64,000 nucleotides of DNA from Patescibacteria group bacterium (GTDB lineage Bacteria > Patescibacteriota > UBA1384 > 2-12-FULL-50-11), in assembly GCA_038058635.1 (NCBI GenBank), contig JBBUAP010000001.1:13606-77605 (forward strand), written 5' to 3'. The notes below the pieces were generated by a model that made no database searches, was not told the origin of the DNA, and saw only the letters and a program-made list of their open reading frames with translations. The first letter of the stretch is position 1, and each line of letters opens with the position of its first letter. This document shows positions 47,055 through 56,950 of the stretch, piece by piece. The position numbers were made by a program, and so were the translations under genes.

Positions 47055-47267
47055 CTAGCTCGGGCGATTTTGATCGTATAGCTCATTGAATTCTGCAAGA
47101 TCGTGCTCCAGAGCGTTCCAGTCACGAGTTACCCCAAATTCCTGCATCCGTCTCGAACTGTACAGATACAGTTCCTTCCAAAACTTGGCTTGCTCGTTTT
47201 TCGCCTGAGCGTATGCTCCCAAGAGTATCAAGGCCGCTACAAGGGCGTAGGTCATCGTCCCCTTCAC
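47055..47267 (-). CDS. small hypothetical protein with N-terminal hydrophobic segment
   Basis: GAGGAGG upstream; signal/TM-like N-terminus. Confidence 0.5.
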   Translation of the reverse strand: MKGTMTYALVAALILLGAYAQAKNEQAKFWKELYLYSSRRMQEFGVTRDWNALEHDLAEFNELYDQNRPS

Positions 47268-47356
47268 CTCCTCATTTTCTAAATCAATTTTACCTCTATC
47301 CCCGCAAAAATCCAGCCAGCGGAACCTGACTGACAGTGATTAAATTGTGGCTGAAG

Positions 47357-47623
47357 CTAGCTGTCTTCGCCGGTTCGGAAGCCGATGCTCTTTTTCTCGT
47401 CGGTGTCGGTGCCAATGACTTTTGTCATCACTTCCAACAAGGCCTTGGCGTGTTCCAGCGACATCCCGATTCGGGCCACCACTTGTTGCTTCTGGTGACT
47501 GCCAAGACTCTGGGCAATCTCTAGATTAATCCCAAACGGCGTTCTGTTCACTAAAACTGAATCGGTGTAGAGAACGGGGGTAGCATTACTCATCATGATT
47601 TCTGGTTTTTGTTCTTCTGTCAT
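47357..47623 (-). CDS. DUF3467-like small protein
   Basis: PVLYTDSV..FGINLE..VVARIGMSLEHAKAL; AAGGAG RBS. Confidence 0.75.
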   Translation of the reverse strand: MTEEQKPEIMMSNATPVLYTDSVLVNRTPFGINLEIAQSLGSHQKQQVVARIGMSLEHAKALLEVMTKVIGTDTDEKKSIGFRTGEDS

Positions 47624-47771
47624 TTATCTCCTTTCGTCTGTTTGACAATGCAATTAATTTGATACGGCCAGTATACCACTCGGAGTGTCCGCGCCGTTTT
47701 CTTTTGGCGAAATTATCACATTAAAAAATGCCCGCCGAAAGTTCGGGGGCAAGTAAACAAGGCGTAAGACC

Positions 47772-48188
47772 TTAACGCATGCTGACGATCGGGTTACCGA
47801 GGTGATTCTGTGAGTAGGCAGGTAATCCAAACAAAGTCTCAGGCTGCCAGAGCTCATAAGGACGAAGTCCCATTGCTGCTTCAAGCGCAACGGGGACGCA
47901 ACGCGCAGACGGAGGGATTCCCCATTTTGCCTCAAGAGTTGCCAAAGACAAAGTCCCGTCTCCGTGATCTACGATGCGCCAACTACCCGAGGGAAGTGTT
48001 AGCCGGAGAGCAGCGTCTTGCGTAAGGTAGTAAGTCCTCACACTTCTTTTCATCAGACCGAAATTACCCTCGTGACCCAAATCAGAACGCTTGGCTTTGA
48101 ACCTGGTGGTAGTGCCATCGTCATGAACTACGTAAGTTGAGCCCCGAGCTGTTTGAAATCCACACTCAGACTTTTCTGGTTCGCTCAC
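47772..48188 (-). CDS. hypothetical protein
   Basis: AGGAGG upstream; 138-aa ORF between repeat copies 1 and 2. Confidence 0.65.
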   Translation of the reverse strand: MSEPEKSECGFQTARGSTYVVHDDGTTTRFKAKRSDLGHEGNFGLMKRSVRTYYLTQDAALRLTLPSGSWRIVDHGDGTLSLATLEAKWGIPPSARCVPVALEAAMGLRPYELWQPETLFGLPAYSQNHLGNPIVSMR

Positions 48189-48379
48189 TTTCTATGTGCA
48201 CCTCCTAAAGATGTGAGTTGATTATACAGAATCTGAAGCGACTAATCAATGACTCCTCTTGCCTATAGCAAGGTAAAACCGTTTTCTTTTGGCGGGGAAA
48301 TGCTTCTGTTGTCTTGAATCTTTCACGCCGATCTCTTATAATACTGCCAACGTTGCATCAGCAGATATTGGAGGAAAAC

Positions 48380-48715
48380 ATGCTAGCAATTCTGATCGTT
48401 CTAGGATTCGTCTGCGCTATTGGAAGCTTGTTGCTCTTTGCACATTTAGCGTCATATCCCGAGCCCCGCGGCCCCAAACCAAAGGGCCTCACCATGTTCT
48501 TTCTCGGGATGGCCGCACTCACCTTCTTCACGGCCGCCCTGCTTGTTTCAGCCATCGGGAGCAGCTCACAAAAGCCAGCATTCCAAGACGGTTCCCCCAA
48601 TCGGGTGGAGCCGTTTTCTTTTGGCGGGGAAATTAGTCGCCTAGGATTTTGTGGTAAAACTCGTACTTGGCACGGTGGTAATCTCGGTAAGGCTTCCCGT
48701 CATATTTCAGCTTGA
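48380..48715 (+). CDS. small two-TM protein; frame runs through repeat copy 3
   Basis: TTGAAT-17-TATAAT promoter (48314-48342), GGAGG RBS, two hydrophobic helices. Confidence 0.6.
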   Translation: MLAILIVLGFVCAIGSLLLFAHLASYPEPRGPKPKGLTMFFLGMAALTFFTAALLVSAIGSSSQKPAFQDGSPNRVEPFSFGGEISRLGFCGKTRTWHGGNLGKASRHISA

Positions 48716-49139
48716 TCGCTTCGAATTCCTTGGTGATCTTTTGGTCGCTAGTCATTATCTCCGTCACCTTTAACTGACGTGCCATACTCTCGTCTACTTC
48801 CGACAGATAGAACTCCACCTCAAACCCTTCTCGCTTAAATAGCCATTCGTAGAAATTTTTACCAACATGTGACGGCTCGCCGTATAAACCCTTGAGAGCT
48901 GGCAGTAGCTTGGGATGATCTGACTGTGGTGCCAAGGTGTAGACATCTATATCGTTCTGACCGGCAATCTTGGCCGCCGCTGAACCAATCATCACAATAT
49001 TGGCAACCGGTAAAACTCGGTGAACTTCGTCAATAATCTGCTGGCCGATTTCGGTTGTCTTTGGATCGTATGACTGAATCTTAACGATCTTGTTGGCTGG
49101 AAAGTGAAGTAAAAACTTTTCTTCGTTATCGGTTAGCAT
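48633..49139 (-). CDS. GrpB family nucleotidyltransferase-fold protein
   Basis: YDP, IGSAAAKIAGQNDIDV, EFEAIK..Y..AK.EF. Confidence 0.82.
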   Translation of the reverse strand: MLTDNEEKFLLHFPANKIVKIQSYDPKTTEIGQQIIDEVHRVLPVANIVMIGSAAAKIAGQNDIDVYTLAPQSDHPKLLPALKGLYGEPSHVGKNFYEWLFKREGFEVEFYLSEVDESMARQLKVTEIMTSDQKITKEFEAIKLKYDGKPYRDYHRAKYEFYHKILGD

Positions 49140-49197
49140 ACTGGCAGTTTAGCAAAAACTCCGAGCCGTTTTCTTTTGGCGTACAATTCGCCTCTTA

Positions 49198-50094
49198 CTA
49201 TCTAAGACCGTGACACCGCTTGTACTTCTCAGGCTGGCCGTTCGCCCTTTTCTTAGTCATACACGGACATGGGTCGTTTACAGATACGTTAATGAGGTTA
49301 AGTGACTTCGACAAATAGTAGTAAGGATCTGTAAGACTCTTGAGATTCACGTCTGCAATTTCCCTTAGGGTGTTGGAGTATATCTCCATATTCACCAAGA
49401 TCTTTCTCAGTGACTTCTCTTCATCAGCACGGAGTCTAATCAATCGGGAGGTACAAATAATATCCTTCTCAGTAAGTCCCTTACGTGTAGGGAAAGAGGT
49501 GATTTTTTTCTTGCCCGATAGCACTACGTAGTCATTGTTATCAAATTTAAGCGTCTGATTCGATAGATCAGACACGTAAACAACTTTATACCCGTGCTTA
49601 ACATTATTGTTACCAATTAGTACCGACGTAGACCCGTCATAGAGTGCGCCTAGCATCATCAGGTTTTTCTGTGCTGCCGCCACCCCTAGCGCTGAGCGCT
49701 TTTTGAGCTTACTGAGGTCTACCTTATAAACCTTAGCCACCCTTTCTTCAGAGATACCCTTGCCACATTCCTCATAAAACTCTTTCGTGTGAGAGGTGCT
49801 GGATTCTAGATAACTCATCCACCTACTTGACTCAGCTAGCACAAAAACAAGGTGTAGTTGGTCGCACAACTCAAACCATAGATTAAAGATTTTGTTTAGC
49901 GCATTGATTTGTAACTTCCTTTCTTCGGCGTTTTGGTACAAATCGAACATATAGGCTGCGATGTCGAGTTGGGATCTGTAGTTATAGTCAGTTATCGACT
50001 CGTAGATAATTCGGAGGTAACGGTTCGAGTTGTGCTTTCTCAACTCACACTGTTCTTGCTTTGTTAGAGATTTGTATTCGATAGGATCGTTCAT
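49198..50094 (-). CDS. hypothetical helical protein with C-terminal SEC-C-like motif
   Basis: NDPCPC...KYKRCHG; internal NNVKHG. Confidence 0.7.
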   Translation of the reverse strand: MNDPIEYKSLTKQEQCELRKHNSNRYLRIIYESITDYNYRSQLDIAAYMFDLYQNAEERKLQINALNKIFNLWFELCDQLHLVFVLAESSRWMSYLESSTSHTKEFYEECGKGISEERVAKVYKVDLSKLKKRSALGVAAAQKNLMMLGALYDGSTSVLIGNNNVKHGYKVVYVSDLSNQTLKFDNNDYVVLSGKKKITSFPTRKGLTEKDIICTSRLIRLRADEEKSLRKILVNMEIYSNTLREIADVNLKSLTDPYYYLSKSLNLINVSVNDPCPCMTKKRANGQPEKYKRCHGLR

Positions 50095-50161
50095 TTACTA
50101 ACGAAGTGCGGGTGGGATTTTCCCCCCGCACCACTTATATTCTTGCTAGTTCATCCTCCGC

Positions 50162-52082
<1,921 letters not shown>

Positions 52083-52165
52083 TGAACCTCCTTTGGAATT
52101 TTTACTCATTTTGCAAACGAAAGTTTGCGAAAGAAAAAGTTTTCTTTTTCATATTATGTTGCCTT

Positions 52166-52193
52166 ATTGTAAAGCTCACTTTACATTTGTCAA
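52166..52193 (-). promoter_or_regulatory. groES promoter with overlapping palindrome
   Basis: TTGACA-16-TACAAT; TGTAAAG-N4-CTTTACA at 52168-52185. Confidence 0.7.
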
Positions 52194-52196
52194 CAT

Positions 52197-52310
52197 GAGT
52201 CGCAAAAGGTGCCTCCGCCGCAATGAGTGGTACGACGGAGGCTATGGAAGGTATCGGACCAGGTATCTCGGTCGTTGCCGAGACGCTATTGGTCAGTAAG
52301 CCGTTGACTC
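52197..52310 (-). ncRNA. candidate structured RNA (multi-stem)
   Basis: Closing GAGTC/GACTC stem enclosing two hairpins; G-U pairs form only on the minus strand. Confidence 0.35.
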
Positions 52311-52341
52311 TAACATGCACCGAAGCGATGCGTTTGGCAAG

Positions 52342-52375
52342 ACAAAGAAGTGGTCGCGGGTTTACCCCGCGACCT
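52342..52375 (-). terminator. intrinsic terminator
   Basis: GGTCGCGGG/CCCGCGACC stem followed by ACTTCTTTGT. Confidence 0.65.
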
Positions 52376-52389
52376 TAAGATTGATCGAC

Positions 52390-53010
52390 TCACTTGGGCT
52401 TCGCCACACCTTTGGCAAAAACCAGTAGGTGGCTGGGAACTACCATGCCCGGCGAAATCGATGAACCTCCATCTAGGTGGATGATCGATTCAAATCCCCA
52501 TTTATGAGCCAACCAGGCGCAAGTGTCGGCACTGCCTTTGACCACTACCCGAAAGTAGTAATGGTTTTTGACAGCGACGAACTGACGCCAGTGACTATCT
52601 CCGGGACGAGGCGGTGAACGCATCCCGCCGATCGCCCAGTTTGGCATGCCCCAAGGCAACATCGTCTGATAATCGGCAAAGATCTTAACGGTGTTATCGA
52701 GGTAGACAGCCAATACTGGCCGCTTGGGCCGGGCGGGGATGATCACCTGCCGGTGCTTGATGTAGAGATCGACTTGATAAGGCACCTTGGCTCCATCGAT
52801 CGATTTCTTGCCGAAAAAACAGGCGTTTCTGGCAACTGTCGCGTCGTTTTCTGTCTCAACCCACTTGGCAGTTCGGCCGCCCGGGTAGTGGCGAAACTCC
52901 AGTCGATCAGTCTGCATATCGAAAGTCTCAACCGAGAAGTTCAGCTTCCTTGCGGCGGCGCTAGCGCAAAGCAACAGAAGCGTGACAATAGTGCCGATGA
53001 TGTAGCGCAT
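52390..53010 (-). CDS. secreted phosphodiester glycosidase (NAGPA)-like protein
   Basis: Signal peptide, NACFF, IIHLDGGSS; AGGAGG RBS. Confidence 0.65.
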   Translation of the reverse strand: MRYIIGTIVTLLLLCASAAARKLNFSVETFDMQTDRLEFRHYPGGRTAKWVETENDATVARNACFFGKKSIDGAKVPYQVDLYIKHRQVIIPARPKRPVLAVYLDNTVKIFADYQTMLPWGMPNWAIGGMRSPPRPGDSHWRQFVAVKNHYYFRVVVKGSADTCAWLAHKWGFESIIHLDGGSSISPGMVVPSHLLVFAKGVAKPK

Positions 53011-53275
53011 GGCTTCCTCCTTGCGAAGTACGATTAACTAAAGGTAGCGCCGAAATAGCGGCTCGGCAAACTTGTCAAGAAACACTGCTCTATAACAGAG
53101 CCGACTTTTCGGGTAAACCTTGGTGTTATGAAAAGTTTACCCGAAATAGCGGTACGACAAGATTGTCAAGAATGACTACTCTTCGGCAAAGTGAACTGGA
53201 TCTACACAAGTATTAAAGGGATTAACAAGCCAATCCCAGCTGCAAGCAGCTGGGACGGGGTGGTTAGGTCGGCCT

Positions 53276-53404
53276 CTAGTCGTGCCTCGTCACGAGCCTC
53301 CAAAGGTCGTGGAGTCCTGCCCTGAGATAGTCCCACCAAGGGTGGTGGGGCCGTTCTTTCGGGAAAGTGTCGATGCTGTAGTCATGCCCATTCACAGTAG
53401 CCAT
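53276..53404 (-). CDS. 42-aa small protein absent from the ORF track
   Basis: TTGACT-17-TAGAGT promoter (53458-53430), GAGG RBS, MATVNGHDYSIDTFPKERPHHPWWDYLRAGLHDLWRLVTRHD, terminator hairpin 53234-53255. Confidence 0.6.
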   Translation of the reverse strand: MATVNGHDYSIDTFPKERPHHPWWDYLRAGLHDLWRLVTRHD

Positions 53405-53512
53405 GTTAGCCTCACTTCAAATCGACCGTACTCTACCACGGTATCACAAAAAAGTCAAGGGTTTAACACTACATTTTTCAAGAGTCGTCAGAACGGCTAC
53501 AATCGACATGAC

Positions 53513-54484
53513 ATGGAAAAAAGATTGGTCAGCGGTATCAAGCCATCAGGCACCCTCCATATCGGTAACTATTTGGGAGCGATTAAACAGTGGGTTGATC
53601 TGCAGAGCGACTACGACTGCTACTTTTTTGTTGCTGACTATCATGCGTTGACGCAAAAGCCGTCACCGGAAGTGATTCACGAGCAGACACTAGGGACAGT
53701 GGCGATGCTGGTTGCTCTCGGAGTTGACCCAAAAAACTGCGTCCTCTTTGTTCAGTCCCAGATTCCCGAACAGGCGGAGCTGAATTGGTTACTTTCGCCG
53801 TTTGTGACAGTTGGCCAACTCAACCGGATGACTCAATACAAGGAAAAGTCTGACCGCCACGGCCAAAATGTTGGCCTGCTGACTTACCCGGTTTTAATGG
53901 CCGCCGATATTCTTATCTACGACGCCGAAGTTGTGCCGGTTGGTGACGATCAGGTCCAGCATTTAGAATTGGCTAGGGAAGTTGTGCGTAGCTTTAATGC
54001 TCACGCTGGCAAAACTTTCACCGAGCCCAAACCACTTTTGACCAAGGCCGCTCGGATTATGGCTTTGAACGATCCGAAACATAAGATGTCTAAATCCATC
54101 CCTGGCTCCGCCATCGGCTTGCTCGACGACGAGGCCACCGTTACCGCGACTATTCGCAAAGCAGTGACCGATTCCGATCCCAATTCCACCAAGAGGAGTC
54201 CGGGAGTAGAGAATTTATTTACAATTCTTGAGGGCTTTAGTGACGAAGAGACTGTTCAGCAATTTCAGGATAAATATAAAGATGGCCAGCTCAAATACTC
54301 CGAGCTCAAAGAGCAGTTGATCGAAGATGTGATGGCGTTTCTGGGTCCAGTTCAGAAAGCTTATGCAAGTTTGCTGGCCCAGCCTGACCAACTGGAGCTG
54401 ATCATTAACGAGGGCACGGCCAAGGCCCGTCCGATTGCGAGCGCCAAGCTGGCAATCGTCAAAAAAAACCTCGGCCTACTTTAA
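53513..54484 (+). CDS. trpS: tryptophan--tRNA ligase
   Basis: SGIKPSGTLHIGNYLGA, ADYHA, YPVLMAADIL, VPVGDDQ, KMSKS. Confidence 0.97.
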   Translation: MEKRLVSGIKPSGTLHIGNYLGAIKQWVDLQSDYDCYFFVADYHALTQKPSPEVIHEQTLGTVAMLVALGVDPKNCVLFVQSQIPEQAELNWLLSPFVTVGQLNRMTQYKEKSDRHGQNVGLLTYPVLMAADILIYDAEVVPVGDDQVQHLELAREVVRSFNAHAGKTFTEPKPLLTKAARIMALNDPKHKMSKSIPGSAIGLLDDEATVTATIRKAVTDSDPNSTKRSPGVENLFTILEGFSDEETVQQFQDKYKDGQLKYSELKEQLIEDVMAFLGPVQKAYASLLAQPDQLELIINEGTAKARPIASAKLAIVKKNLGLL

Positions 54485-54566
54485 CCCCTTGAATTCTCGG
54501 CCAATTTTGTTATCATTTTTCCCTACGCACGAAGCGTACAAGCACATCGAGTCAAGGAGGACAAAA

Positions 54567-54917
54567 GTGTCAGATCGAGAACGACCGATCTCTCAACCGA
54601 ACCACGGCCAACATCATTTCGCAGCGGGACTGGGTGAATTAGGTGTTCATCCTCGCAAATTGGGCGACGCGGACAATGAGCTGCTGGACTGTCGACGAAA
54701 CTGCTTTTTCTGCGGGACGCCGACTTGCTACGCGATCTTAGAGGAGCGGATTGTGGAAGTTGAGGCTGGTGTGGAGATGGCCTGTCCAGGAAAGAGCAAG
54801 CCATTCATAGCCGACATCGACTACTTCTGCGCAGTCTGCGCCACTTGTCGGGAGCGACACAACATCCCGCCAGCGCCAACAACAGCTATCAGTGCCCACA
54901 AGACGCTCAAGGGCTAA
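54567..54917 (+). CDS. small Cys-rich (zinc-finger-like) protein
   Basis: AAGGAGG RBS then GTG; CFFC and CAVCATC motifs. Confidence 0.6.
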   Translation: MSDRERPISQPNHGQHHFAAGLGELGVHPRKLGDADNELLDCRRNCFFCGTPTCYAILEERIVEVEAGVEMACPGKSKPFIADIDYFCAVCATCRERHNIPPAPTTAISAHKTLKG

Positions 54918-54951
54918 CGCCCTCTCGGGGTTGGGTCGATCAGGCCCAACC

Positions 54952-56352
54952 CTATTTCTTTGAATTGGTCGAATTGACTAACTCTGTCAGTTCGGCGGTT
55001 TTTTGGTCGCAAGTAGATTTATCTTTGGCCTCGACATTTAAGCGCAGAAGATTTTCGGTATTGCTGGCGCGGAGATTGAAGCGCCAAGATTCAAAAGTAA
55101 TTGACAGCCCCTCGGTGCGGTCGATCGAGCCGTCGGCATATTGTTGTTCGATTTTGGCTAGCATTTTATCCTTGTCGGATACTTCGAAGTTGATTTCACC
55201 AGAGATGATATACTTTTCTTCCATTAGTCTGACCATTTCAGAGACCGATTCCTTGGTTTTGGCGACAATATTTAGAAACAGTAAAAACGGGATTAAACCG
55301 TTATCAGCGAAATAGAAATCCCGGAAAAAGAAGTGGCCGGAAAGTTCGCCGCCGAAAACAGCGTCATTTTCTCGCATAGTGCTTTTATAAAAAGCGTGTC
55401 CAACCCTACTAAGAACTGGTGTCCCGCCAGCAGTGGTAATGACTTTGGTGTTGACCCAGGCAGTCCGTTGATCGTAGGCAATCTTCTGACCCGGATTTTC
55501 TTGTAGAATATGGTTGGTGAGTAATGCCGATAAGTAACAGCTTTCGATGGCCTTACCTTTTTCATCGACAACGAAGAAACGATCGCCATCTGCATCCCAG
55601 GCAACCCCAAAATCGGCCTTAGTTTCAATGATTAACTCACTTGTCTCTTGACGATTTTCCGGCCGTGATGGGTCGGGTCGGCCTTTGGGGAATGTACCGT
55701 CGGGCTGGAAATTGAGTTCGATTAAATTGATGTGGTTGCTGTTCAAGCGCTCGAGAAATCTTTGGGCTAACGGGCCAGACAAGCCAAAATTATTGTTGGC
55801 GACGATCTTCAGAGCCGGGGCAGAGTCAAAGTGAACGAATTTGGTTAAATAGTCGAAATAATCTTCTTCGACATCTCGAGTTTCAACGGTCCCTTCGGTT
55901 AGCGAAGCTAAGTTGTCGTCAGATTCGGCTAACGCTTGAATCTCTTTCAGGCCGCTGTCGCTTGAAATCGCTTCGACGCCGGATCGAACCAACTTCAGGC
56001 CGTTGAATTCGGCTGGATTGTGAGAAGCCGATACCTGGATACCGCCGTCAAAGTGGTAGAAACCAACGGCAAAATAAAGCATCTCGGTTGGCACTGGCCC
56101 GATGTCTTCGACATTAACGCCAGCTTCAGTCAGGCCATCAATAACCGCTTTTTGTAGCTTTGGCCCACTCAATCGAACGTCTCGACCGACAGCAATGCGC
56201 AGGGACTGGGAGCTAGGTACTGGGGGTTGGTTGCTATCCTTCAATAAAAATCTCGCGTAGGCCATGGTGATACGCTTAACTTTCTTTTCGTCAATTTCAT
56301 CCGGATAAACGCCGCGGATGTCATATGCTTTGAAGATTTGGTCAAAATTCAT
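54952..56352 (-). CDS. phosphomannomutase/phosphoglucomutase
   Basis: FKAYDIRG, SASHNP, DADGDR, GELSGH, RASNTE. Confidence 0.95.
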   Translation of the reverse strand: MNFDQIFKAYDIRGVYPDEIDEKKVKRITMAYARFLLKDSNQPPVPSSQSLRIAVGRDVRLSGPKLQKAVIDGLTEAGVNVEDIGPVPTEMLYFAVGFYHFDGGIQVSASHNPAEFNGLKLVRSGVEAISSDSGLKEIQALAESDDNLASLTEGTVETRDVEEDYFDYLTKFVHFDSAPALKIVANNNFGLSGPLAQRFLERLNSNHINLIELNFQPDGTFPKGRPDPSRPENRQETSELIIETKADFGVAWDADGDRFFVVDEKGKAIESCYLSALLTNHILQENPGQKIAYDQRTAWVNTKVITTAGGTPVLSRVGHAFYKSTMRENDAVFGGELSGHFFFRDFYFADNGLIPFLLFLNIVAKTKESVSEMVRLMEEKYIISGEINFEVSDKDKMLAKIEQQYADGSIDRTEGLSITFESWRFNLRASNTENLLRLNVEAKDKSTCDQKTAELTELVNSTNSKK

Positions 56353-56425
56353 ATTCTGATTCTATTAAATTAAAGGGTAAAAAGGAACCGCCCCGGGTTA
56401 GGGGGCGGCAGATTCGCTGGTTGGG

Positions 56426-56824
56426 TTAGTCGACCCACCAAGCTACACTTCGTGATCGACGTTCATCCCGAGTCACGTACTCGACTTCGACTTCAGGAGA
56501 GGGCTCCTGCAAGCCCAGGTGAGCGATCATCTTCTTGAGCCCAGTCTCGTAAGCTTTGACAAAGCCCCACTCTCCCCCTTTTTCGTTTCCGGCCTTGCTA
56601 CGTTTCCAGGCAAGCTTTCTTGCCGCTTCGAGAACGATGGGATTCGCTTCGCTGCGGTGTTTCATCTCGGAAAATGGCTTCTGCTCTGGAATGGCCTTGA
56701 CCGGCACACCCTCTGGGCAAAGCACAGTATTCAGAATGAGATACTCACTTTTCGACAGGATCCCACCCTTCCATGCGAGCTTATCCTTTCTGCTCAAAAG
56801 CAGGCCCGTAATTTGTTCTATCAA
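56426..56824 (-). CDS. hypothetical protein
   Basis: AAGGAGGTGG RBS before TTG start. Confidence 0.55.
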   Translation of the reverse strand: MIEQITGLLLSRKDKLAWKGGILSKSEYLILNTVLCPEGVPVKAIPEQKPFSEMKHRSEANPIVLEAARKLAWKRSKAGNEKGGEWGFVKAYETGLKKMIAHLGLQEPSPEVEVEYVTRDERRSRSVAWWVD

Positions 56825-56950
56825 GCTGCTTCCACCTCCTTGTGTGGTATGACAAAAATACTAGCACAAACAGGGTAAAAAGTCAAGGAGAACGCCTGTA
56901 ATTTCCGGTTTCTTGACGGTGCGTTAAACTAACCGTAGTGTGGCCAGAGT

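Larger units (their letters stand above)
47694..49181 (+). repeat. four exact 16-bp direct repeats CCGTTTTCTTTTGGCG separating single genes
   Basis: Copies at 47694-47709, 48279-48294, 48611-48626, 49166-49181. Confidence 0.9.

Noticed and set aside
47694-49181. CRISPR array interpretation of the 16-bp repeats
   Set aside because: Repeats too short, spacers 300-600 bp and gene-containing, no cas genes
53282-53512. Long N-terminal extensions from the ORF track (trpS; likewise gdh, pilC, yraN)
   Set aside because: Downstream starts fit family N-termini or RBS positions better, and the trpS extension overlaps a divergent small gene
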